A DNA stretch of 60,500 nucleotides, counting the filler, from Sphacelaria rigidula (Eukaryota), in the NCBI GenBank assembly GCA_964200075.2. It is 8 parts of 8 records of this genome, joined end to end, with 100 filler letters (N's around TTAATTAATTAA, not from the genome) between each part and the next. Parts side by side here need not be neighbours in the genome. Positions count along the whole stretch, not along the records: positions 37,877 to 45,351 come from CAXNAA020014756.1; positions 45,452 to 52,926 come from CAXNAA020014757.1; 6 more parts are not named here. The stretch is one strand, 5' to 3'. Below the pieces are notes generated by a model that was not told where the DNA came from, ran no database searches, and saw only the letters and a list, made by a program, of their open reading frames with translations. Positions 39,195-52,245 of the stretch are shown here, one piece after another. The position numbers and the translations under genes are program-made. Position 1 is the first letter of the stretch. Each line of letters opens with the position of its first letter.

Positions 39195-40919
39195 TAGTAC
39201 AGAGTAACCATAACAGTAATAATTCCCTCTCTCCCGTACTTGAGAAATCCATGCACTATTTCTTCTGTCCCTGCTTCTTTTATGTTCTCGAGTTCAGCTG
39301 CACACTACTCCCTCTCTTGTGAACTCTCTCTGCAGTTCTATGGACCCACTATCTTCCCGTTTTAATGACTCTACCCTTGCCTCTGCCCACGCGTTGATTT
39401 CATTCTCGAATTCCGTGTCGAACCTCTCGTTAGATTTTGGCCTTCCTAGTTTTCTGTAGTGTTCTACTAGTACTTCTGTATTCCCCTTCGAACTACTCAC
39501 CAGTTTTCTATTCTGCGCCCTTAGCGTAGCTTTTCTGTCTAGTTTACTGTTGTCCCTTTATCCTTACCCATATTTGCTTTATCCCGCCATCGAAATCTCC
39601 ATATTTCTTATTCATTACATCTTCCGATATTCCCGTGTTTCTCCTCTCTGTCGTATGTTTATCTCGTTTCATGCTTGAGCATACTCCTCCCATCCTACCG
39701 TAGTTTTGCTCGATATATGTATACATATATATATAATGTATCTTGCGTGGCCCGCTCTCCTCACTCTTGAAGCCCCTTTTACTTCCTCATCTCACCATGT
39801 TACTGCTTAAAGTTTGTTGCATATGATCAGTTTCTTTTCCATGACATTACTCGCTGTGGCCTCGGTCAACTGCTCTCCCATCCTTCCACAATCTTCGCTC
39901 CTGATCGATCCTTTTCCACTTGGGTATTAACTGTCCCTACGCTTTCCAACAGTTCGAAATTTTTCACTCGTTTTTGGCCATCTCGACTTACATTATACTT
40001 GATCTTTTTTCCATTTGCACAACTTCCTATCCCGCTTATTTATTATAGCTCTCGTCTGCTGCTTGTCCCTCGATATGAGAAAATAATCTGTAATTCGCAC
40101 GTGCTCGATGCATACATATACTTCCATTCCCTTACTATTTCCATACTCCACCACTATATGATCACGAATGGAGCGTTCTTTCTCGTCTTTGCATTTTCTT
40201 GTCCATGTCCATTGCACCTCCGGCTTTTGTGCTCTAGCGTTCAGCGGTTTCACCTTGTTATTCTCAAGAAACTTCAGCATCTTCATCCCATTCGTATATT
40301 GTTCTCTTCTCCGTATTGTCCAATAGTGTCATTCGGTTGACTTGCTTGTCCAACCATTACATTCAAATCTCCCACTAACATTTTTTTACTTCTGTACATC
40401 TGCCGCTATCTCTCCAAACCTCCGATGTACATATTGTTTGCCGTACTCTTCGATTCTGGGAGCATCTAGATGTACCCTACGAGAAAGTATTTCATTCCTG
40501 CTCTCCTGGCATACCCTCATCCATGTGCTCCGGTCGAATTTTGTGTCTTTCATCATTTCTACGATATCACACAGTTATTTCTTGACCAAGAATCTTACTC
40601 CCCCCGCTCGCCTGTTCTTGGGGTTATGTCGTTTCCGCACTTCTCTGGTCATGCATACTCTCCATCTTTGCATCCTACTTCCGTCTTCTCCTTTTCCCAC
40701 GACTCTTTGATTTCCACCATGTCCCGGTCGCGGTTACTTACTACTTGTTCGGCAATCTCTGTTACTGTACGTTTATCCGTCGCGAATCCACACACGTCCA
40801 ATGATCCTATTCTCAACTTCCATTTCGAATAATGCCCCGCTCTCGAGTTGTTTATTGTTCACTGTCCATCGGTCTTATTTCTATTCTCCCCTGGTTGAGT
40901 TTCATCCGTTTCCTGTTTG

Positions 40920-41364
40920 AACACGGGATCTTACAAATTGGGGATGGATCATTTATTGGGGATGAGAAACCCAGAGGATTAAAATCTTCGTATCCGCACC
41001 AAATATTCGAAATATGGTTCCGTTTCTTCACCTACTGATAGCTATCGACAACTGCTACACGCCATAGAAGTTTGGATTTCGAACACCGAAATGTTGGGGT
41101 CCTAGGTGATAAAACAGTCTTGTGGAATTTCGGGTGTCCGAGCGAACGCCAAAATGGTTCCGAAATGTTCTTTTTCACCTAGGACGCCAACATTTCGGTG
41201 ATCGAAATCCAAATTCCTATGGCGTGTGGCAGTTGTCAATAGCTATCAGTAGGTGAAGAAATGGAACCATATTTCGAATATTTGGTGCGAATACAAAGAT
41301 TTGAATCCTCCGGGTTTCTCATCCCCAATAAATGATCTATCCCCAATTTGTAAGATCCCGTGTT
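40920..41364. mobile_element. 445-bp foldback MITE, AACACGGGATC termini, 4-bp TSD TTTG
   Basis: ~195-bp inverted arms; TTTG at 40916-19 and 41365-68. Confidence 0.92.
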
Positions 41365-42787
41365 TTTGGCCTTTGCTTGCTTCGGGCCGCTATGTCCCCT
41401 CTCCTTTCCCTTCCAGGCATTTACTTGTCCCTGATCATCCTCTCCTCTGTTTACCCGCGGACTATGGCTTAGCTTCTCTCCTCCATCGGCTGTGCATATT
41501 CACCACCTTACGTACTCGAACTATCGATCACAATTTGTTTTTAGATTTCATAAGTTGTCGCGTTCACATTTACGTGAATCTGCTGCGCGTGGTGCTCTTA
41601 ATGGTCCACGTAAAGCCGGACAGTCGGTAATTTTTTAGTCTAGTGTAATGTGTCGCTTGTCTTGAAGGTGTAGTTCAGTGGTTAGAATGTTGAAATCATA
41701 CCCCAAATATCGGGGGTTCTGCGTCCCTTTTTCGTTACTCATCATCGGTCTTAGTAAAATATTTAGACACGTGAGACTTGAAATCTGTCTATTTTCAAGA
41801 AAATTGGTTCAAGTCCGATATGTCTCACAGCAGTAAATTGTCGCCATTGCAACCCAGCCAGTGATTGATAATCATCTCTCAATCAAACGCCTTACGTCAA
41901 ACCCAGAACAATACGTTAAGTGAAGAAGAAAAATTGCCGGGAGCGCGGCCACGCTCTCAGCAAGTGCGAGCCAGGGTATGCTGCAGCAACCAGTCACGGC
42001 AGCCACCTACACCAAGGCACCATATTGGAATAAGAACCCGTACCTGCTGATGAGTAGTGAGCGCCATCCCTTTGTGCCGGTGATAGCGTGGTTGCAAGTA
42101 TGTGGTCTGAGGGGGAAACAGCGTGGTGGCTGTGCAACCGTACTAAATGTGTAGTGGTCGTGGTCATGCTCCAAAGTTGATTCGTTATCCTGCACGATTC
42201 AGCCATTATTTTGTGTTCACGTTGTTCTGTCTTCGAACCAGTTTTATGTATTCAAGCATGTTTTTTTGCTTCATCATCGGGAAACATATCACAGAAAGTG
42301 ACAGGTTTGACTGTTGCAGTACTGCAAGCTAGCTTCCGAGCGCCGTTCCATCGGCCTGTCGTGTTGATTGATTTGATAGTCGCACTTGAACTGACCCCCC
42401 ATGGATCTAGCCGCAGTCGCATGATAAATGTACCCAAGGCATAACAAAACTGAAACACTCGCTGAAGAAAAAGAAGAAACGGGGAAAAGTTAGAGCAGAA
42501 CGACATAGTAGTCTAAGACGTACAAAAACACAAAAACACAAAAACAAGGTAAAGGGGCACAGAAAAAGATAGACGATCTCTGTCACACACACGGCTTCAG
42601 CGTACAAGGTCTTGCGCAAAAACACACTCATATTCAGTCGTAGGAAACAAAAGATCGTGGAGAGGAATAGATTGCAGCCCATCTCCTACAAGCGCTCTAT
42701 TGAGGGTATGGGTCTTCTCGTCTACGAGAAACATGATGAAGCGAGGTACCACATTGCTCTGACATATACCAGCAGGGAAGAACATAT

Positions 42788-43485
42788 AACAGTGGATCCT
42801 GAAAAGTCGGGTCGACCTAAAAAATGAGGTTCAATTGGCATGCTTCTTATCTTTTTTGCAGGGAGGACGCGAAACAGTAATACACAGCGAAACCATATTT
42901 TTCCCCGAAACTCTGCAACTGTGAATCATCAGTTGTGGCTAAATGCACCGAACGACTGCGATGTACACGCGTGTCGATGACGATATCACCAGAGAGAGAA
43001 GCAACGACAGGAAGGAAGCTCCTCGCCCGTGTCCTTTGTGTGCCCTCACTGGGCCATTACAAAGCGCTCGAGAGACTGGCATTATGCATGTTACCAGCAC
43101 GTGCCGAGTTCCTCATGTGCCGGTAGGAATCCCCAAAGAACATCTGGCTGTGGAGAGATTTCGTCTCTTCTTGTCTCTGGAGGTCATCAATGCGAAGGTC
43201 GATTTCTCTTTGCCTCTCTTTTCGGTCGATTTCTCTTTGCCTCTCTTTTCGGACAGGGTACACCTCTGTGCGCTGAAAAACAGGGCAATGCTCCCGTCAC
43301 TGCTACTATACTGTTCTCTGTCACACAAATGCCAGCAAGGACGGTGCGCTGCGGAAAAAATAAGAGGTGATCCAATTTGAACTAGGGGAGTGTTGTTCAT
43401 CGTTGATTTTATCCGATATGACGTATCTGACCATCCCGACCACAAGAGCCTGCCACTTAAACCTCATTTTTGAGATCGACCCCCG
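42788..43485. mobile_element. Internally deleted copy of the AACAGTGGATCC foldback family
   Basis: Starts AACAGTGGATCCTGAAAA; colinear with 25172-25720; degenerate right end. Confidence 0.85.
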
Positions 43486-43588
43486 AAGAGTCCGATCCCG
43501 AAAGGTTACCATAAAAGGGGCAGTAGAGTGAGATCCGAATTTTTACTAGTCCAACCATATCTCTCAAATGGTTGTGTCACCCATACCT

Positions 43589-43834
43589 GACACTTTCTAC
43601 GATAGCCCCCCCCAAAAAATAGCTGAAAGTGTCACGAAAAAATGGCCATACAGCGCCTGATGTTCGGGTTTAGGCTGCATGAAGCGCCTCATANNNNNNN
43701 NNTGGCTAGAACGAACCCAAGCGTGAGCATTCCCAGCTTCTCGTTGTGCTCGGCTTTTCCCATTACGATTTACGTGAAGATTTCGCCTCCCAAAACCGTG
43801 CACTTTTTTGGGGATGGCTATCGTAGAAAGTGTC
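43589..43834. mobile_element. MITE with 19-bp TIR GACACTTTCTACGATAGCC and 4-bp TSD ACCT
   Basis: Perfect TIRs; ACCT at 43585-88 and 43835-38. Confidence 0.9.
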
Positions 43835-44415
43835 ACCTGGTGGTCGGGGTTGTTTTTCATAAAAATGCAGGTCAGGACCTGAATTTGAATCTCAAACAAA
43901 CGCGCCTGTTTTAAACTTGGACTTCAGGTTTGACCCAGAACAAACGCAGCAGCGTTTTTCCGCGGCTGATTTCAGTACCAAATAGTAAGACCAGTTATGA
44001 TCAGCGGCGAGTTGGAGAATAAAAAATGGTGAAGAGGAGTCACGCCGGCTTTTGAGCCTCGGGCGGTCCATCGAATCAGAATTAGTTCTAGTCGGTTCAG
44101 GGCACCTTTGCGTTTTCCGGTGGCCGCAGAGTTTGTTTTTATCAAGCTCGTATTATGATCCAAGAGCTCCCGAAGTATTTTCGGGGAACAAACGTTTGGG
44201 AACTTTCCGTGCGCCGTTCCGGGGCTTCGTTATCCTCAACGAAAAGCTCCATCCTCAATTTTGATGATCGGCTGTTTGTAGCTGTAAGCACACGCCAGTG
44301 TTACAAGCAACGAAAGCACACACAAAGAATGAAATTGGTCTAGTTAACGTGAATGATAGAGATCATTCTCAATCAACCCCGTACTCTCAATCTCACGAAA
44401 ATACTGTCATCAAAG

Positions 44416-45121
44416 AACAGTGGATTCTCGAAAATAGAATTGAAAAGAAAAATGAGGTTCGACTAAAAGCCGTGCTTTCCCTGACCTACACATGACAAAT
44501 GGCTTTGATATGGACGACCTCATCCCTCCCGACCCCCCTGCACCTATTTCGGCGGATTTCTAGTCTTCCGTTCCCCCAAAGGGTATCTAACAAGGTGTTC
44601 GTGAGATTGACAGTTGGGTGCGGATTGAGGGTGGCTTTGATCATTCGCTTTAACTTGGCCAGGTTTTCATTCCGTGTGTGCTTTTCGTCGTCTCATCACT
44701 GCCATGTTCTCACAGCTACACGTTTATATCCTACTCAGGGGTATCGAGGGCCTCAGTGGCAAGCTTCTACAGAGAGAATATTGGGCCTGGTGGAGGTTTA
44801 TTTCGGAACTGAAACAGCTTATTCACTAATTGACCGCTTTTCACTCTCAATTTCACGAAAACGTTGTTATCTGCGAAAGCACGATTATTGGGCCAAGAAA
44901 CGTCTTTTTTCCACCCCGAAATCGAGGCAAAAGTGTGCTTTCGCACATACCCCTTGGGGGAACGGAAGGCTAGGAACCCCCACAAATAGTTTTTGGGGGG
45001 TCGGGAAGGATGAGGTCGTCCGTATGAAAGCAATTTCTCATTAACTTAGGTCATGGAAAGCACGGTTTTTGAGTTGAACCTCATTTTTGTTTTTCAACCC
45101 CATTTTCGAAAATCCACTGTT
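44416..45121. mobile_element. 706-bp MITE, AACAGTGGAT termini, ~170-bp TIRs
   Basis: Inverted arms 44416-44586 and ~44946-45121; flanks AAAG/GAAG. Confidence 0.88.
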
Positions 45122-46902
45122 GAAGGTTGGGACGTTCAGCGATTCTGCAGTCGTGTTTAATATCATCACCACTACATTAAAACAATGAAGACGACTATGA
45201 GTCTACTACTACGGCTAAATTTGGGAAATAATGACGACTAAGAATCGACTCCTCCTACGACTATTGCAGGACATTATGACGACTAAGAGTCGATTCCCAC
45301 GACTTATTTCACGAAATAACAGGGTTGCCAGAAAAATGAGAACGTATTTTGNNNNNNNNNNNNNNNNNNNNNNNNNNNNNNNNNNNNNNNNNNNNTTAAT
45401 TAATTAANNNNNNNNNNNNNNNNNNNNNNNNNNNNNNNNNNNNNNNNNNNNCCTCTCTGTGGGGTGATGCAGAGTGTCCAAGACGTGTGTGGGCAATTTT
45501 CCCTGTTTGGGGGTCAAAAGGCATGAAAGTGAACAATCCGTGGGCCAAAAATCTGTGTCCCATAACATCCGGACTGATCTCTAAATATTCAACCGTATCT
45601 TGCGCAGAAACCGCCAATTGCAAATGATCAATTTTCCATTATGTGTTCCAAAAGGGTTAATTACAACATATCAATCAGATCGGAAAGTTGTTTTTTCAAC
45701 CGCATCTTGTCGATCGATTAAAAAAAAATGCTGGGCCGCGCTCGTGTCGTTTTTTTCTTCCCTATTGAGCGAATAGGTGTGGCGAAATTGATTCGATTAA
45801 ATTCGTTCGGATTGCGCAGTTTGAAATTTTCCATGCTTTCGATCAACAAGAGACGGTGGCATTCGTGGAGCGGCACTTGCGTTCTTGTAATCAGTACTGT
45901 CTGCATACAGTGATTGTGTTTGTGTGTATGTTTCGCATAGTCGATGAGCCCTACTAAAGTTAGCCCGTAAACTTGCTTCAAATTTATCATAGATGAAACG
46001 ATTTTGTTTTCCCTGAGGACTTAATTTCGAGCATAACATTTTTCTCCATTCCCACATATTGGTATGGAAATAGGCGCGATATGAAGTCACGTTGTTGCCT
46101 CAGCACCAAAACGGTTCCGATCTCTGCGCAGTACCTCCTAGCTTTCATATTGGGCTTCTGATGCGGAAGCCTTCCGTGTTCAGAGGCTAACTGTAACATG
46201 TACTTAAATGAAATGGTGACCATACAATCTGAAAAAAAATCACCGTACACAAAGGATTGCTAAAACGATCAACAGTGCGGGTCTCATTATAGTGCAGTGA
46301 GTCGCTAGCCCGTGGCATGACCACGCTATGCTGGGACCCCGCACCATACTGCTTTGGTGCCGTTGCTTGGAACGGTGTAAAGGATCGGACATATGATCAA
46401 TGATTTCAAACGCAACGGTGAAGAGTAGTGGCGAAGGTAGTGGAGAGCCAAGCCTACGCCCGTGACAAAGGGTTTGAGAGATGCGGCTAACGTACGGACA
46501 TACCGCTAGAAATAATGATGACACAGCCGATTCTCAACATTGAGGACGAAACCTTTCACGGAGGATGACAAACGAGAAACATAAAATCTTCGTACCCACA
46601 CCAATTCTTCGATATCCTGTGGTATTATGAAGATGTTGGCGAGACCCCGCAAATTGCAGAACCGGACTCTGGTATCACTCGTATCAGAGAACCGCGTTAC
46701 AAAGGGACCCCACACTCGAGAGGATGGCGCCATGGTGAGACTCCACCTGTTGATTCAGAATAAAAATCATGATCAAGTCCACTCGAGGCCCGCATGGAAG
46801 GCGTTGTACACGTCCAGAACAAAATCAGGATCAAGTCTGCACGCGTCCCGCCCGGAAGACTGCACTGCAGAGGACAGCACTGTCGTGGGACCTTCCCCGT
46901 AC

Positions 46903-49900
46903 CTTAGTGATAATCCGTCCCTCGCCGCTTGCTCTGCTTGGGCGCTTGTTTCTCTTTCGCACCGTTCGCTCGCACAAGTTGCGTCCCGCTTTCCACTCGA
47001 TTTTCGTGCCATCCACACCTTCCAGCAACGGCTCTCCCTGTGGAGAACAATGCAAGCAGCGAGCGCACACAAGACACGTGACTCAAGCAGCACAGGCAAC
47101 GCGGTTGAGTGTTGACATTCCATCAATTCTGAACGCCACTCTACACCGTTCGGTGTATGTGGGAGTGTCGGCCGGGGTGAGGAAAGCCAGCACAGAAGCT
47201 TCTTATTTTCTTCCGTTGTTTTACCCCACCTTGCTTTTGCGGTGCTTGCCTTATTTTGTATCGCGAGAGGGGCACAGGCAACGCGGGTAAAATCAGTATA
47301 TGACAAAAACGAACGGTATGAACGAGATTGGTCACTCTTCAGCCCCGACAGCATCATCAAGTACGATTCGCACCCCCCATGCCCCGAAACTGGCGCAGAC
47401 CGCTCCTCCACGCGTGGCGGTACGCTGCGCGAGAGAGGTTGGCTGACCTCAATCATCGATCAGTGTGTGTGGAGAGATGTAGGTCGTGAAAAATTGGGTC
47501 AAACATACACGAGTTGAGCCGCGATAGCCCCTCCCCTCCCCTCCCCCCAGTTAGCGGGGGGAAAGTGAAGGGTAAACGGGAGTGGCATGAACTTGTTCAA
47601 CACATGATATGGTTGCGGTTCAAAGATCGGTACACTAGGGGATAGATGGTGGCCACAGAAGGCGAATCAGGCTGGGGATAGGATATGGAAAAGGTCTTGT
47701 GTAATGTACAGACGACGCGTAATGAACGCTCGAACGTTGGAGGTATCTCGACTAGGAGTAAGAATGGTTCTCCGTCTCGGAAGGGGTGCGTAGTCCATGG
47801 TCAAACGAAAAAGGCAGGCAATAAATGAGTACGCCCCCAGGAAAGTAGCTGCTTTGAGGAGGCAAAATCTACATGACATGTAAATCAAAATGAAGAACGC
47901 CGAGCACACAAACCACCTAGAAAACTCATGCGCTTGGATTTGTTTTCACCAACGTCGCCCATGCGAGGCGCTTCACGCAAGCTGAAACCGGCTACCATGA
48001 ATCGTATGGCCATCCTCTTCGTGACCGTTTTGGGGCTGGTTTGAGAGTGAGAGGGGAGGGGGGAACTTTAGCGGCATTACTCACACCCCTATATATAACA
48101 CGGGATTTTATGAATTGAGGATGAGAGCCATGAGAATTGGAATCTTCGTATCCACACAATATCTTCGAAATATGCTTCCATTCTTTCAATATCTGGTGGC
48201 TATTGACAACGACTACACGCCATACAAGTTTGGTGATCCGATCAGACCCCTAAATTGGTTTATCACCTTGGACCCCAATATTTCGGTTATCGACATCCAA
48301 ACTTGTACGGCGTGTATAGGTTGAGGTGTGGAACTATATTTCCAAGATTTGGTGTGGATACGACGATTTCAATTCTCCGGGTTCTCATTCCCAATTTGTA
48401 AAATCCCGTGTTTCATGACGGTGGCACAAGAACACGAATAAATCACGGGTCGGACGAATCCATGGTTCGTCTGGAAACTACTCGATTTTAGTGTAATAGA
48501 TTCGTACTGTATGAATCAGTCCTTAGGCTTTGTGTTCAGCGTTGCGTGCCGGGTACGCGCAATCCAGGCACGTGGAATGGCGCGAACATTTCGTTGAGAC
48601 CCTGTTGACCAGCGGTCAACCTTTTTTCTCTCGTTCGAGCAACCAGTCCTGGAGAATCGTTCATTTGGCGATTCGAACCGGCGATGATTTGTCCAAACCG
48701 TGACATGAATGATATTGATGAGCTTTTTCACAACAACTTAGAAGACACATCCCGGAATGATATTGCCTGACAACAAAAAAAAGAAGACAACTGTTTAGTT
48801 TAGACACCTGTTGTAAAATTCCGTGCATGCATGTTGATATGGTGACTACTGTGCAGACGACAGTCAGTACAGGAGAGCAACGAAAGATAGATATCATCGG
48901 GTTTGCCTGCCGTACTGCCGACAGCGCTGCTTGAAAGCCAAGAGACCTTTGCGGTCGGCGGTTGATGGTGTGGGTATCAAATGCAACTACAAGTGGTTGA
49001 TCATAGAGCAATCTTGTTCCTCGTGGACATCTCGTCCCAGCTTGTAATGCATGACCTTTTCACATCGGAATCCTGAGAAGGTACTGCACTGTACCGCGGT
49101 GTTGACGCAGTGGGTGTGTGCTCCAAATTGCATCATGGAGGCACGCCTGTGCGCCACGCTAGCAACAGTCACATCACCACCATAGATATTTCTTTCACTC
49201 CGCTCGCATTGGACGCTGAAAACGATGCACTTCGGACGACCACGTCAACGAATCAACCATCTCCCTCGGGGCAGACGCCTCATTATTTCATCAATACTCG
49301 GAAAGAAAAAGGTGGAGGAAAAATCAGCGCAGCCGCGACTACGGAGGAAGTGCAAAGAAAAATCTAGAACGACAAACAACGACACGAAAAACTGATCCGA
49401 AATGCATCACCATTTCACGAGATCATCCATGGCCATCTACCACACGGTCGAACCATTCTGAAACCCATCACCATTTCACGAGATAAGGTTATACTCGGTC
49501 GCACACGGCACGGCCGAATTTTTGTATTCCGAAATACAAATATATTGTGCGGGATCATTTACTCCAGGGTGACACATAAAACTGTTCCGAAATATTTCAT
49601 CTTTGTAAAAGATCATCCACAACTGTCAGCGACACAAGTGAGTTTGGGCGTGTGGGTGGAATCCTGAGCAAAAACAGCACATTTTCTCGCATCAAAGATA
49701 TAAATATATTCATGTATAAGAGCTTAAAAATGCCTGCCTAACCTGGTCCATGATGTTTGCCGTGTCGTATTGCTTGGTGAGCACCGCGTTGGAAAAGAAG
49801 GGGTTGTCGTCGAAGTGGAATTCGAGGGTGAATCCAAGAAGGTTCTCCTTATCCAGGCATCGTACGTCGGAGAGGTAGAACAACGCTTCAAGGTCTCCCT

Positions 49901-52245
49901 CGCTTCAAAAGAGAGCGGACAAAGAATCGCGTCATAGTTCGTCCAAACGTACAAAGCAAAACAACAAGTACACAAAAAGGGACATCGCGAAGCAGTGTGT
50001 AAAAATGGGTGAAACGAAGCATGGATGTGACTACATATATATAGAGAGAGAAAGAGATCACGTGTGTAGAAGGGAGCAAAAAAGCGAGACACTTCAGTCG
50101 AGTGACTGATCGACCACTGAACGCGGGCCAAACTAACCGACCGTTTTATCTAGCAGGCTAGGCGTGAGGGAGGTGCAATTTTTCCAGGGGGATGTGCTCT
50201 TGATAGATAATGGTGACGGTGGAGTCCCACTCCAGTGTGGTTACGACCAGTTCGATTGCCGATGCGTTATTGTATAGAATATGAGGTGAGGGGTGTATGA
50301 GTATATATTGCGTGGGTAAGATAGCGGTATAGAGAAAAATACTCCAATCGAGTGACCCTGACCGGCCACTAAACGCGGGCGTATGATCTGCCGATGCGTG
50401 CGGGGCGTGAATCCCTTTTTCGAGGGCGCGGGGGAGAAGGGGGGGGGTTGCAACCCCTGGGGCCATAGAAAATGATGATAGTAGGGTCACACTGCAGTGT
50501 GGTCTTCACCAGTTCGATCGCCAGTGCGCAACTGCATAAAAAATGACGTGGGAGGTATGTATTGTATAAACAAATACGAAGGATTACGCAGTAAAGAAAA
50601 AGGCAAGAAGCGAAACACTTCAGTCGAGCGACTGATCGACCACTGAATGCCCCAGACTAGCCGTAAGATCTGGCTAGACGTGAGTAGGGTACACATTTTT
50701 CGAGCGGGGGGTACCCCCTTGATGCCATAGACAACAATGATAGCCGGATCCCACTACAGTGCGGTCACGACAAGTGCGATAATCGTCGGTGCGTAACTGT
50801 ATAAATAATCACGCGAAAGGTTTATGTAGTTGAAAATTACGTGGGTAGTAGGGGCACAAAACTTCAGTCGAATGACTGATGGGCCACTAAACGTGGCACA
50901 ACTAGCCGTATGATCTGGTTAAGCGTGAGAGGGGTATCCCTTTTTCGAGGGGGAGAGGGAGGGGTACATGGTGCCATAAACAACTATGTAATAAATATGT
51001 GATGAGGACAGCCTATCCGTGAGGTCTTTTCACAGACTGATTACTGAATATACATGGAGCATTTGAAGAGAAAACAAAAAGACCTCGCTCGCCGCACAAC
51101 GTCCCTCAAAGCTTCGCAGTGCGACATGAGATTTCTTCACCAGTCTGATCACATGGGCGCGATTGCTTGAAAATATATATATACATATACATATATATAT
51201 GAGCGTAAGGCGGCTCCTCATGATGAACAAAAATAAAAGCCCTTTGAAAAAGCGTTTGTGGTCCGTCTTGGTCGTTTTCCGCCCCGAAAGAGAGCGAGGC
51301 GGAGTTTGACGCCTGACTGACTTGCTCCATATGTTGAGACGGTTCTTGGATATCTTCGCGTTGTCCGGTGGTCGCAGCTTTTACTTTGACCAAACGAGTG
51401 CTTTCGTCCAAAAACGGTCAAATCTAGAAAAAACTGTCATTCTTCTCAGGACTTGACAGTCTCTGAACAAAAGTGCTTTTTTGACGGAAGTGATAAACTG
51501 CGGTAACCGGAAAACGCCAACGTGTCCTGGAACCGCCTGAACAAGTAGAGGAGGTCATTCATTCCAAGGTGTCAAACATCGCCTAGCTCTCTTCCAGGAC
51601 GTAAAACAGCGAAGTAAGATCACACAAGCATTTTGTACAGGACTTCGTGTTCGTTTGCTATAAAGAGCGGCCTAAATTGTGAGGCATCGCCACGAAATGA
51701 GGCCTGCTGCATATATTTCATACGTCCGACAGCTCACGAGCTGCCGCACTATTACTCCTCCTTGGTGTACTGATCCGCATCATGACCTATGGCTCATTTG
51801 CACCCCGTCGCCATATCCCCACAGCGCTGGGCGCCGAGCACGCGAAGCAGTAGCGTAAGGGCTGCGCTTATTAGAGAGGACTAACTCTTAGACGCGACGG
51901 TCCACAGACACAAAAGCATGCGTGATTGCGGGGGCTGGGAAACCTAAGCTAACCGACGTGTGATATATTCCACGAATAAACACACCCTGGTACTACCGTT
52001 AGTATGGGGGTGTATTGTGTATTGCAATATAGGCAATAGCTCATACTGCACGAAGTGCGGTTTTTGGGAATCTAGTCTCTTGTCATAATTCAGAGGGTGT
52101 GCGAACAAAACAAAAAAAGTAATCGCTCACCATACAACGTCCCTCAGAGCCTCGTGGTGCAACATGCACTGCATCCAAAAGTGAGGAACGCCGATTTCGA
52201 GCGCGGCTGGGTCCTGGCCATCCTGCATTTCTGCTGAGTCTTCCT
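46903..52245 (-). CDS. NAP1: Nucleosome assembly protein (NAP family), internal exons 52245-52131, 49902-49743, 47037-46903; partial at both ends
   Basis: Spliced ...IGVPHFWMQCMLHHEALRDVVCEGDLEALFYLSDVRC...GFTLEFHFDDNPFFSNAVLTKQY...|GEPLLEGVDGTKIEWKAGRNLC...; GT-AG sites with matching phases; classic NAP motifs. Exact paralog uncertain. Confidence 0.93.
47575..47840 (+). mobile_element. LINE 3'-end fragment (5'-truncated)
   Basis: GDRWWPQ...GGIS.RS.NG.PSRKGC.. ending ATGAGTACGCCCCC; homologous to 58180-58500 (minus). Confidence 0.7.
48097..48412. mobile_element. Older, shorter copy of the AACACGGGAT foldback MITE
   Basis: AACACGGGATTTTA...TAAAATCCCGTGTT; homologous to 40920-41364. Confidence 0.85.
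48780..49205. mobile_element. Internal fragment of the AACAG foldback family
   Basis: Matches 24120-24490 and 26630-26942. Confidence 0.8.
50080..50990. repeat. Intronic tandem array, ~250-275-bp unit, ~3.5 diverged copies
   Basis: ACTTCAGTCGAG.GACTGATCGACCACT.AA recurs at ~50091, 50341, 50617 and 50861. Confidence 0.85.

Larger units (their letters stand above)
37900..41590 (-). mobile_element. Degenerate non-LTR retrotransposon (APE endonuclease + RT), interrupted by two MITEs
   Basis: APE: ESW, GGVRFLVK, MLKFLENNKVKPLN...WT...SIRDHIVV. RT: YRGIT, MFADD (~38325-38340), TYLGV, WDAHINKVI. Many stops and frameshifts. Confidence 0.9.

Noticed and set aside
42600-42790. Possible plus-strand exon AYKVLRKNTLIFS...
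   Set aside because: No recognisable homology or partner exons; cannot be supported.
46510-46640. KSSYP resembling family-B DNA polymerase motif (viral/Polinton remnant)
   Set aside because: Only five residues, lacks the catalytic Asp context, flanked by stops, and no other polymerase motifs.
50080-50990. Hammerhead ribozyme (retrozyme) array
   Set aside because: CTGATCGA is non-canonical and no correctly placed stem II-GAAA-stem III follows on either strand.
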